Source: Thermoplasmata archaeon (GTDB lineage Archaea > Thermoplasmatota > Thermoplasmata > GCA-020350865). Taken from it: a stretch of DNA of 17,405 bases. The notes beneath the pieces were generated by a model, which ran no database searches, was not told the DNA's origin, and saw only the letters and a program-made list of their open reading frames with translations. Each line of letters begins with the position of its first letter. Within the stretch, counting starts at the first letter, position 1. The DNA is taken from assembly GCA_020348445.1 (NCBI GenBank), contig CP070751.1, forward strand, positions 1,223,303 to 1,240,707, given 5' to 3'. Shown piece after piece: positions 8,207 to 16,711 of this stretch. A program made the position numbers and the translations under genes.

Positions 8207-8515
8207 TTAAGCCCCATCCCTAAAACCATTATTGTCCTACGGACATAAAGGTTTTGCCACTCCGTCGTCGCTTAGCTACATTATTATTGCAGTCGCTAAT
8301 GATTGCTCGGCCTTCAGCCTCACAACCCCCATGCTCGGGCCTGAACCCTCACTTGGGGGCGGAGCTTCCACGGAGGCCTGCGTCCTTTGCTCTTACCTTC
8401 TTCCTCCCCACACCGGTTGCGTGCCTACGCCTCCGATGTGCTCACTTCGTTCGCCCATCTTAGTTTTCAAATTTCTTCAAAATTCGAAAACGAAGCCGTC
8501 CCCCTTATGCTCGGC
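8207..8515. repeat. Repeat R10, degenerate chimeric copy (B core, C-like tail, remnant of the 58-nt insert)
   Basis: ttaagccccatccctaaaacc ... cctccccacaccgg ... ttttcaaatttcttcaaaattcgaaaa ... tatgctcggc. Confidence 0.75.
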
Positions 8516-8661
8516 ACGCTTTTTAAGGAGGGAATTGTCTAAAGCATATATTGAATAATATGCGAGAAAATTATAAATATCGCAAACTCCATGTATGTCT
8601 GGCTTTGGAAGGGAACCAACACGTGCGTTCTCGAGGGGCCAATACAAGGAGGGAGTAAGAT

Positions 8662-11241
8662 ATGAGAAGATTTACATTTGTTCTTATTGTACTTGTACTT
8701 AACATGACAATTGTCGAACTTGCGACAATGGTACCGACCGTTCCCGCCGAGCCTGGGCTACCTCTTGAGTCCATGGCCACATATCATCTGAGCTACAAGG
8801 GAAGGTACGAGCACCAGCCAAAAGGTCCCGATCACCTACTGGGCCTTGAGATGGTCAATGGGGAGCTCTTGGTCACAGGTTATCTTGGCGCCTACTTTGT
8901 GGACTGGAGCCTTGCCAACTCGTCCTATCTTACCACGTACATCTCACATTTCAAGCCCAAATTCAACATTACGACCAACCGGGATGATGCTCCAGTTCCT
9001 CCCGAATCAGAAAATTATTCCCCAAGTTTCTACGGATCGGTGACTTATGACGCTGGCGGTGGAACCAAGTATATATACATTAATGCCAGGTACGTCGGCA
9101 TCTATATCCTGTCAACGAGAGGGACCAATCTCAAATACCAAGGCCGGATAATACAGAACCGTCGTTTTTCCGAGGGTTTGGCAATAGACGGCGATTATCT
9201 ATATGCCGCCCACCATGCGGACGGCATCGAGATCTACGACCTGTCCGCTAATCCCGCAAGTCCAACGGTCGTCGGGAACATCACGACCGGCTTCACTGAT
9301 GCCTGGGCCGTCTTCCCGGCTGGTAACACACTTTACGTGGCTGACGGTCGGGGCGGTCTTAAGGTGGTGGACATATCGAACAAGGCCAATCCTTCCATAA
9401 CATGGTCTGAAGACCCGACCACAAGCCCAGGCAACATGATGGACGTCGTGGCCGTTGGAGACTACGTGTATGGAGCCTGTGGTGGTCAGGGCATAGCCGT
9501 CTACAAGAGAGACGCATTCGATCAGAGGACAGTCACCATGATCAATGGATCGTCCCAAGCCTTGGCACGAATGGCCCAGGAGGACATTGCCGTGGCAGCC
9601 CGGTCATGGATACATGTCATACGTCCCGACGGTGCTGGCGGCTTTGATATCCTTGCCTCCGAGAGGATGATAAGGAGGGCCGGAGACAAGGCACTCATGG
9701 GGCGAATAGCCCAGGACATACTAGTTGTGGGAAAGCAGGTAGTCTCTGCCTCCTGGGACCAGGTAGATGTGTACGAGCTCATGGATAACCCGTCAGACAA
9801 CCAACCTGATGTCCTCTTCGGCAAGCAGATGGTCAACTTCGGTGTCGACGGACGGTCTGAATCCATAAAGATAGAGAACCAGGGCACGGCCAACCTGAAA
9901 TTACACCAACCCCAGATAGAGTCCAAGGGTAAATTCCAGGCCACCCTTTCAAAGGGATGGGTCCCACCAGGTGACTTTGCTTGGTTGACCATCACCCACG
10001 ACGGACGAGGGAACGATACCAGAGCCAATATAACCATCCAGACGAATGATCCCGACGAGAATCCCATCAGGTTCATGGCCTATGGTAGGACAAGATATGT
10101 CGATATCGGAGAGCCGATGTACAACTTCACTCTTGACTCGGGTCAGGGTGACTTCAGCGGACCTACCCCAGAATGGACCTTCACCAACATTAACGTGTCA
10201 GACCGAGTCGGCGAGAGGGTACCTGTATTGGAGACACCGCTCCCCGACCTGACCATGGAGGAGGACAACGTCACCAGTGGGATCGATCTACTGAACGTGT
10301 CTGGCCACTTCACATCAGGAACCACTGGAAAAGTAACTCTCTATGTGATAGTTGGTTCTTGGTGCCCAGCATGTCCTCCAGCCTTCACATCCATTGGATA
10401 TGACTTCTATCAGAGATATCAGCATCGCGACGATTTCGATGTCTATCTCATGAGTAAGATGGAGAACAATGGCACAATGATGCATCTCATGGAGAAGACG
10501 AGGATTCCTGGAGGCATGATATTCGACGAGGTCGGGAATATTACCAATCGTACCCTCAAACAATACGATGTCGGCTTACCTTTTGGTAGGAGCTACATCG
10601 TCGACCACAAGGGCATAATCAGATCCGTGGGAAGGGGCTACAATCCCCATGGTGCATGGAAGGTTCTTGACGGGATTTTTGCCGAGATTGACAATGCAAC
10701 AGACCTAAGGTACGAGGTCTCATATGAGGAGAACCCATTGATACTGGAAGCCTCAGGTGGGAACGGACCATTATTCTCCTTCATTCAAAACCAACCGAAT
10801 TGGATCGGTAGCCTATCGTTCAAGGTCAGAGCCCTGAACTCGGGCGAGGACTGGATTCCCAACAATTCAGATGATATGAGCCTGGAAAGCAATCTCTTCA
10901 ATGTGACAGTCCTTCCAAAAGTCCTTTCATCAATGATTAACATCGACCCCAACACTCTCAACCTAAAATCCAAAGGCAGATGGATAACCTGCTATATCAA
11001 TCTAAATGACCCTTACGATGTCAACAACATAGACATCAGCACTATTCTTCTTGAAGACACAATCCCAGCTGAATGGGGTGACATTCAAAGCGACACGCTT
11101 ATGGTCAAATTCGACAGAAGCGATGTTGAGGATATGCTTTCTATTGGAACTTACAATCTGAAGGTTACTGGTGAGTTGACAGATGGGACCTCGTTTGGGG
11201 GATATAGTGATGAGATCAGGGTTATTGATCCTGGGAAATAG
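8662..11241 (+). CDS. Large secreted multidomain protein: signal peptide, LVIVD-like beta-propeller repeats, Ig-like domain, thioredoxin/AhpC-like CxxC domain, cadherin-like segment, C-terminal domain
   Basis: Hydrophobic N-terminus; repeats such as YLYAAHHADGIEIYDLS and LYVADGRGGLKVVDIS; SWCPAC; ggaggga RBS; clearly more GC-rich than the cassette ORFs. Confidence 0.85.
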   Translation: MRRFTFVLIVLVLNMTIVELATMVPTVPAEPGLPLESMATYHLSYKGRYEHQPKGPDHLLGLEMVNGELLVTGYLGAYFVDWSLANSSYLTTYISHFKPKFNITTNRDDAPVPPESENYSPSFYGSVTYDAGGGTKYIYINARYVGIYILSTRGTNLKYQGRIIQNRRFSEGLAIDGDYLYAAHHADGIEIYDLSANPASPTVVGNITTGFTDAWAVFPAGNTLYVADGRGGLKVVDISNKANPSITWSEDPTTSPGNMMDVVAVGDYVYGACGGQGIAVYKRDAFDQRTVTMINGSSQALARMAQEDIAVAARSWIHVIRPDGAGGFDILASERMIRRAGDKALMGRIAQDILVVGKQVVSASWDQVDVYELMDNPSDNQPDVLFGKQMVNFGVDGRSESIKIENQGTANLKLHQPQIESKGKFQATLSKGWVPPGDFAWLTITHDGRGNDTRANITIQTNDPDENPIRFMAYGRTRYVDIGEPMYNFTLDSGQGDFSGPTPEWTFTNINVSDRVGERVPVLETPLPDLTMEEDNVTSGIDLLNVSGHFTSGTTGKVTLYVIVGSWCPACPPAFTSIGYDFYQRYQHRDDFDVYLMSKMENNGTMMHLMEKTRIPGGMIFDEVGNITNRTLKQYDVGLPFGRSYIVDHKGIIRSVGRGYNPHGAWKVLDGIFAEIDNATDLRYEVSYEENPLILEASGGNGPLFSFIQNQPNWIGSLSFKVRALNSGEDWIPNNSDDMSLESNLFNVTVLPKVLSSMINIDPNTLNLKSKGRWITCYINLNDPYDVNNIDISTILLEDTIPAEWGDIQSDTLMVKFDRSDVEDMLSIGTYNLKVTGELTDGTSFGGYSDEIRVIDPGK

Positions 11242-11328
11242 AAAAATTAGAAACGACAATCCCCTCCTTTTACTATCAAACGAACGCAGGCCTCGGAATG
11301 GCATTCAGCTACAGCGTGATATACCATT

Positions 11329-11537
11329 TCTAAGTGACGACCTCGTTCTTCGCTCTACTTGTTTTCACCCGTAACCGCTAAGGATTACTTCCTAATAAAT
11401 ACTATTGTTGTGGAAGTAACCTTCCGGCTTAACGGACCCTCGTCCTACCTCCAGGCGAGGCTTCACTTTCCACCCTCTAGCCTTTCGCCTCTGCGCTGGA
11501 CCTGATACAGTTGGTTGGCCCCTACCTGCTCGAGGCG
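11329..11537. repeat. Repeat R11, subtype A
   Basis: tctaagtgacgacctcg ... ccctacctgctcgaggcg. Confidence 0.9.
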
Positions 11538-11593
11538 GGCGAAGGCTCTAAGAAGTATCGGTGGGGGCACTTAATTCCTCATTATTATAAACA

Positions 11594-11926
11594 TTATACT
11601 GGCATATTAACTTTATAAATCTCTTCACGTTTATATAGATACAAAGCAAAAATTATTATTGGTATTATAAATGCTAAGATTCCCCATAATTGAGGTGACC
11701 ATGCTACAACACGGGAATGTTTACGCCTTGGTGGTGCATTACCTGCATTAATTTTTTTAGCATCTGAAAAGATCATAATACTGGTAAATAAATGGTAGAA
11801 GGTAAATATTCTACCAAATCCTATAATTAATATACAAATCGCATCCATATTTAATAATATCGAAAATAAAGTTGAATATATTAAAGCTATAAAAAACACT
11901 TCGAGAATAAATAAGAGAATTAGCAA
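11594..11926 (-). CDS. Hypothetical membrane protein; frame is open upstream to a possible ACG start at 11971
   Basis: Three hydrophobic segments; SPQLWGILAFIIPIIIFALYLYKR C-terminus. Confidence 0.65.
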   Translation of the reverse strand: MLILLFILEVFFIALIYSTLFSILLNMDAICILIIGFGRIFTFYHLFTSIMIFSDAKKINAGNAPPRRKHSRVVAWSPQLWGILAFIIPIIIFALYLYKREEIYKVNMPV

Positions 11927-12009
11927 ATTATTTTTCTTATATACGTATCTTTTTCGTTTGGGAATATTCGTGCCCCCTACCTTCCAATATAAATCGCCTT
12001 CGCCTCGCC

Positions 12010-12226
12010 TTTAAGCCCCAGCCCTACAAACCTTTAATGTATTTCCATACTTAAACGGTTTGCGCCACTCCTTCAGTGTACCGATTGCTCCTAGTCCTAT
12101 GATTATACATCATCGAGTATATCAATGTTGACTCTCGTCGCAACTTCTCCGCTCGCCCCGTTGGCTCACTCCGAAGAGGAGCTTCCACAGATGCTTGCGT
12201 CAATGGGTCATTGTCCTCGCATCGAA
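12010..12226. repeat. Repeat R12, subtype B
   Basis: tttaagccccagccctacaaacc ... tgtcctcgcatcgaa; very similar to R17. Confidence 0.9.
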
Positions 12227-12254
12227 GTCGGTCGGGTGTTGACTTTATTGAAAA

Positions 12255-12521
12255 TTATTTTCTATATCCTCGACCTCGTTTAAAAACTTCAATTACTCTT
12301 ACAGTTTTTTTCTCAATTAGATAAATAATTCGATATTCTCCAACTCTAAGACGGTGTTTTTGAGGTTTAGTTCCACTTAAAGGTGATATATCTGCATTCG
12401 GGCGAGCTTTTATTGGATCTTTTTCTAATTCTTTTAAACCTGCTTTTATCCGTTTTTGTACGCTTTTATTGAGAGAATTAAATATCTTTTGAAAAGTTCT
12501 TGAAACTAGAACTTTGTACAT
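12255..12521 (-). CDS. relE: RelE/ParE-superfamily toxin
   Basis: MYKVLVSRTFQKIFNSL...LEKDP...HRLRVGEYRIIYLIE...VIEVFKRGRGY. Confidence 0.9.
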   Translation of the reverse strand: MYKVLVSRTFQKIFNSLNKSVQKRIKAGLKELEKDPIKARPNADISPLSGTKPQKHRLRVGEYRIIYLIEKKTVRVIEVFKRGRGYRK

Positions 12522-12706
12522 TATAATTCGTCCAATGGAATAAATTCATCTTCTTCAAGAATCTTGTTCCATCTAGCATCTAGCTTCTTCCAGCTAGCTT
12601 CTTTAATTAATTTATTAATTACCTCATCATAACTCTCACCCTTCTCTCCTAATTGTCGCAGTAACTCCTTAGTTTCATGCGTTACAGCTACAGTTGTCGT
12701 TGTCAT
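12521..12706 (-). CDS. Putative antitoxin (RHH-like)
   Basis: TTVAVTHETKELLRQLGEKGESYDEVINKLI; acidic C-terminus; stop/start overlap with relE. Confidence 0.75.
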   Translation of the reverse strand: MTTTTVAVTHETKELLRQLGEKGESYDEVINKLIKEASWKKLDARWNKILEEDEFIPLDEL

Positions 12707-12770
12707 CTATAACACCTATAGAGCATATAGAAGTTATATTATTTATAGTTTATGCTATAAAAAGTTTACA
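12707..12770 (-). promoter_or_regulatory. Putative TATA-like promoter/operator of the TA cassette
   Basis: Minus strand ctttttata (12756-12764); inverted repeat agcata 12722-12727 / tatgct 12751-12756. Confidence 0.4.
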
Positions 12771-12795
12771 TCAAAATCGTCAACACCCTCCCTCC

Positions 12796-13061
12796 TTAAG
12801 TGAAGACCCCGTTCTTCGCTCTATTGTCTATCACCATCAATCGCTAAGGATTACTCCCTATTTGGTTTTATCGTTGAGGGAGTAACTTTTTTGCTTAACG
12901 GACCCTCGTCCTACAAAAAAGCGGGGCTTCTTTCTCCGCCCTCTAACCTTTCGCTCCTGCGCTTCTGATGTCTCGCTTTGCTCGCCATCTGAATTTTCAA
13001 ATTTCTTCGAAATCCGAAAATGGACCTGGTACTATTGGTACTCCCCTACCTGCTCGAGGCG
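12796..13061. repeat. Repeat R13, subtype A variant with the 58-nt insert
   Basis: ttaagtgaagaccccgttcttcgctct ... ccctacctgctcgaggcg. Confidence 0.9.
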
Positions 13062-13086
13062 GGAGGCTTGCTACGGAGAAATTTCC

Positions 13087-13602
13087 TTATATTTTAGTAG
13101 ATCCACTACTCAGATAGTCTGCGAGAGTATATACATTGAATCTACCGCTTAGATATGATGTGATTTCATTTAATTCAGGTATTGAATCAGAACTCTTTTT
13201 TGAAATCCATATCCTGGTATAATCAGGATTAGGCTGTGATTCCTTGGCTATATACAAGTTAGTCCTTATCTCAATGAGTTCAAATCTATATTTACCCGGA
13301 TCAAAATAATAATCTTTCATTTTTTCAGTTAGTTGATATTTTATTTTATTATTTATGAGATAGGTTTCTATCGTAGAAATCACTTCTTCAATCTGTCTAT
13401 CAATTACTATCTGCTCCCATCTCCCAGTCCCAGTAGAGAATGTAAATAGAACAATGAATATTATTACTAAAACTATTAAGATAATAAATAGATCTGTCCA
13501 AGCTTCATACAATGATGAATATAAAATAATTGAAATTGGAATGACACCAATCAGTAAAATGATTGCTATCCTTTTGGCTATTTCTTTATTTATTTCTCTC
13601 AT
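13087..13602 (-). CDS. Hypothetical membrane protein (2 TM plus soluble domain), 171 aa
   Basis: Start MREINK at 13602 after a ggagg RBS; the track extension to 13632 lies in the inverted repeat/R14. Confidence 0.7.
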   Translation of the reverse strand: MREINKEIAKRIAIILLIGVIPISIILYSSLYEAWTDLFIILIVLVIIFIVLFTFSTGTGRWEQIVIDRQIEEVISTIETYLINNKIKYQLTEKMKDYYFDPGKYRFELIEIRTNLYIAKESQPNPDYTRIWISKKSSDSIPELNEITSYLSGRFNVYTLADYLSSGSTKI

Positions 13603-13627
13603 TGAAATTTCTCCTCCGCTCGCCTCC

Positions 13628-13899
13628 TTCAAGCCCCAACCTTGGCTCAGTCGGTCTCAATATGCTCTTACGATTCTTTAAACCTTTCGTCTTCCTTTGC
13701 CAACCACCTCGCCGTGAACATTCGCTTGTGTTGTCCAAAGACATACCCGCTCACATGCGATTATTCCTTTTAGCGTCTCTAGTACGAGCCAGTCATAACT
13801 CGTCGTGCAAACGGCCTTCCCTGCAACTCCGAGCGAGGCATCCACCTCCCCACACCATTTCGCTCCTCCGCTGAAGCCCTACCCCTTCTGCTCGGAGCG
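13628..13899. repeat. Repeat R14, subtype C
   Basis: ttcaagccccaaccttggctcagtc ... ccctaccccttctgctcggagcg. Confidence 0.9.
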
Positions 13900-14409
13900 G
13901 GAGACATCGGTTTCTAATTGATATTTGCCCTGAAATGTTTTTATCTCACATTTTGATTCTAAAAATTTCAATGCATTCTTTGATATCTGCCAAATTCTTA
14001 CGAGCTTATCTTGATATTTTATCTTTATTTTTGGTGTAAGATCGCCATACCATAAATATTGCTTTGTTGTGCGTTCTGGGATCATGATGTATTCAATATC
14101 AGCATATTTTATAAATTCTTTTTTCAAAGGATTTCTATACAAAAGAATTCCATTTTCATAGTATTTGATCCCACGTTTATAATAATTAATAAAACCTAAA
14201 ATAGCAGTAAATAAAAAAAAGATTACTGGTGCATAAAGTAGAAAGTCGTTCCATAAATCTCCCTTGAATAATGATTCGTCAATAGTCAAGTAGAGATAAT
14301 TTAAGTAAACAATTTCAAATATAATTGACACTACTAAAATCATAAAATATATCTTACGATTTTCATTAGTCATAACAAATGGACCTTTATCAATATCATT
14401 AACATCCAT
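13879..14409 (-). CDS. Hypothetical membrane protein (2 TM); stop codon lies inside R14
   Basis: 176 aa; C-terminus TDVSRSEQKG is encoded by the inverted repeat and repeat end. Confidence 0.7.
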   Translation of the reverse strand: MDVNDIDKGPFVMTNENRKIYFMILVVSIIFEIVYLNYLYLTIDESLFKGDLWNDFLLYAPVIFFLFTAILGFINYYKRGIKYYENGILLYRNPLKKEFIKYADIEYIMIPERTTKQYLWYGDLTPKIKIKYQDKLVRIWQISKNALKFLESKCEIKTFQGKYQLETDVSRSEQKG

Positions 14410-14461
14410 TAATCATATCTCCCAAGATGCACCCTTCAGTTCAATATCAACCGATGTCTCC

Positions 14462-14732
14462 TTAAAGCCCCAACCTTGGCTCGGTAGTCAATCGCTTTGC
14501 TAAGATTTATTATTATCGCTCTTTCCTCCCTCTCCAACCACCTCGCCGTGAACATTCATTACCGTCATCCAGAGGATGTACCCATTCACATGCGATTGGA
14601 GGCTTTTCCGTCTATGACATGTGCCACCTCCTACCCGTCGTGCAAACGGCCTTTCCTGCAACTCCGGGCGAGGCATCCGACCTCCCTTAACCTTTCGCTC
14701 CTCCGCTGGCCCTACCCTACCTGCTCGGAGCG
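14462..14732. repeat. Repeat R15, subtype C
   Basis: ttaaagccccaaccttggctc ... ccctacctgctcggagcg. Confidence 0.9.
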
Positions 14733-14743
14733 GGAGGTGGCAA

Positions 14744-15130
14744 CTAAGAATTCAATCTTTTTATTTGTGAATATGCTCTTAGAAAAGGAATAAATAAAAG
14801 GAAAACACCAGGCAAAACTAGAATAAAATAGAGTGTCACATTCACTAATAGTGCTATTGATAGAGACAATATGATCATAACAACTCCTACAATGAATACA
14901 ATTCTATCAATTTTTGATCCTAAAAATGTCTCATTATCAATGGGATTAGATTGAATTAAAGGAATCAAGATGAATATAAAGCTTAGAATAAAACCAACTC
15001 CGGCTAAAATTAAAAAAGCATTGCGTTTTATAATATCGAAGTTATTTTGTTGAATATAAATAAATATTCCAAATATAACAAATGGAATTACTATCCCCGT
15101 ATAAAGAAACATTTGTTGTGATTTATTCAA
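14744..15130 (-). CDS. Hypothetical membrane protein (about 4 TM)
   Basis: 128 aa, strongly hydrophobic, TTG start, fills the cassette. Confidence 0.7.
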   Translation of the reverse strand: MNKSQQMFLYTGIVIPFVIFGIFIYIQQNNFDIIKRNAFLILAGVGFILSFIFILIPLIQSNPIDNETFLGSKIDRIVFIVGVVMIILSLSIALLVNVTLYFILVLPGVFLLFIPFLRAYSQIKRLNS

Positions 15131-15184
15131 AGTTAGCCCTTTTACGATTCTATTCCCTCCTCTTTATTATTCGTTGCCACCTCC

Positions 15185-15402
15185 TTCAAGTGATGACCTC
15201 GTCCTAAACATTCGCTGCGTCAATTACTGACGTCAACGCTCACATAGAATTACTCCCTTATCGTCTTTTCGATTTGCGGTCATAACTCCTCGGGCCCAAC
15301 GGCCACCCTGGACCTCAGAGCGAGGCATCTCCTCCGCCCCTCTAGCCTTTCGCTCCTGCGCTGGACCCTGTACTATTGGTACTCCCCTACCTGCTCGGAG
15401 CG
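15185..15402. repeat. Repeat R16, subtype D
   Basis: ttcaagtgatgacctcgtcctaaacattcgctgcgtc ... cccctacctgctcggagcg. Confidence 0.9.
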
Positions 15403-15452
15403 GGAGGCGGAACTTTTTATAAAGTCGGGATGCTACTAAAGAGATTACTCAA

Positions 15453-15818
15453 TTAACTAAATGATGAAATGTAATTATTGATTCCCTCTTCAATCCTTTT
15501 AATATATTTACCACCGACAACCAACCCCCAAGTCTTATAACTCACATTTGATTTTGTTTCGTACATAATCAAAAATACTGATTGAATTATCGTTGAATGT
15601 AAACCTGTTTTATCTACTAGCTTATTCATTTCACTTATAGTATTTTCATTTAAATTATTCTTAACTAACAGAATGATTGATGCACCTGATTCTCTTGTGA
15701 ACCATTTACTTTTATATCTTTTAGTAATATACGTCCGAACTATTTCCTTAATTTTCATTAGATCATCAATGGAATCAACCCTTAAATCTGTTAAATCTAT
15801 GATAATTGCCACATACAT
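15453..15818 (-). CDS. Hypothetical soluble protein
   Basis: 121-aa ORF, AT-rich, no family recognised; about 140 bp AT-rich leader upstream. Confidence 0.6.
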   Translation of the reverse strand: MYVAIIIDLTDLRVDSIDDLMKIKEIVRTYITKRYKSKWFTRESGASIILLVKNNLNENTISEMNKLVDKTGLHSTIIQSVFLIMYETKSNVSYKTWGLVVGGKYIKRIEEGINNYISSFS

Positions 15819-15995
15819 TGTAATTTTCTTTTCCTTATAAAAAACACTTATAATATTAATCTCCTCATATTTTTCTCCATCAATTTTTTTAAAAATTTAT
15901 ATCTTTGAGTTTATTTTCAATTTCATTTACTAAAGTTTGATACATAAATTATACCTCCTGTTACGCATCCCTTTTATGAATTTCGTTCCGCCTCC

Positions 15996-16212
15996 TTCAA
16001 GCCCCATCCCTACAAACCTTTAATGTGTTTCATACTTAAACGGTTTGCGCCACTCCTTCAGTGTACCGATTGCTCCTAGTCCTATGATTATACATCAAAG
16101 AGTATATCAATGTTCACTCTCGTCGCAACTTCTCCGCTCGGGCCGTTTCCCTCGCTTCGAAGAGGAGCTTCCACAGATGCTTGCGTCAATTGGAAATTGT
16201 CCTCGCATCGAA
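15996..16212. repeat. Repeat R17, subtype B
   Basis: ttcaagccccatccctacaaacc ... tgtcctcgcatcgaa. Confidence 0.9.
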
Positions 16213-16221
16213 GGTGAGGCT

Positions 16222-16449
16222 CTAAATATTCTCGGCTGTATCTATTTTTTTCTCATTACATGTTTTATACAATCTAATGTAAATGGCATTCATTGCAGTG
16301 AGCGTTAAAATAATTACGATAAATTGACCGATATGTAATATATGTGTATATACATCTTCCACACCATATTTAGTTAAAAGACCAAGAGACATACCTATAA
16401 TTACAAAACTTGGTCCCAGTAAAGACCATTTCGATATTTTTACGCTCAT
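16222..16449 (-). CDS. Small hypothetical membrane protein (2 TM)
   Basis: 75 aa; ggagg RBS; fills the cassette. Confidence 0.65.
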   Translation of the reverse strand: MSVKISKWSLLGPSFVIIGMSLGLLTKYGVEDVYTHILHIGQFIVIILTLTAMNAIYIRLYKTCNEKKIDTAENI

Positions 16450-16502
16450 AGATCATTCCTCCACTTAATTCAAGATACAGCCTCGCTTTTATTCGCCTCG
16501 CC

Positions 16503-16711
16503 TTCAAGTGAAGACCCCGTTCTTCGCTCTGCTGTCTATCACCATCAACCGCTAAGGATTACTCCCTATTTGGTTTTATTGTTGTGGGAGTAACTTTTTT
16601 GCTTAACGGACCCTCGTCCTACAAAAAAGCGGGGCTTCTTTCTCCGCCCTCTAGCCTTTCGCTCCTGCGCTGGACCCTGTACTATCGGTACACCCCTACC
16701 TGCTCGGAGCG
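16503..16711. repeat. Repeat R18, subtype A variant without inserts
   Basis: Near-identical to R13 apart from the 58-nt insert. Confidence 0.9.

Noticed and set aside
8514-11318. cacgct (8515-8520) / agcgtg (11313-11318) as the IR of the large-gene slot
   Set aside because: Only 6 bp, not adjacent to the R11 boundary, and compatible with chance.
8571-11374. Alternative-frame and antisense ORFs overlapping the 859-aa gene
   Set aside because: Expected shadow ORFs in GC-rich coding DNA; no recognisable motifs.
2180-13681. Plus-strand ORFs antisense to cargo genes (2180-2374, 3398-3598, 3861-4142, 7706-7912, 7948-8133, 12694-12885, 13454-13681)
   Set aside because: They overlap better-supported minus-strand genes and show low-complexity antisense composition.
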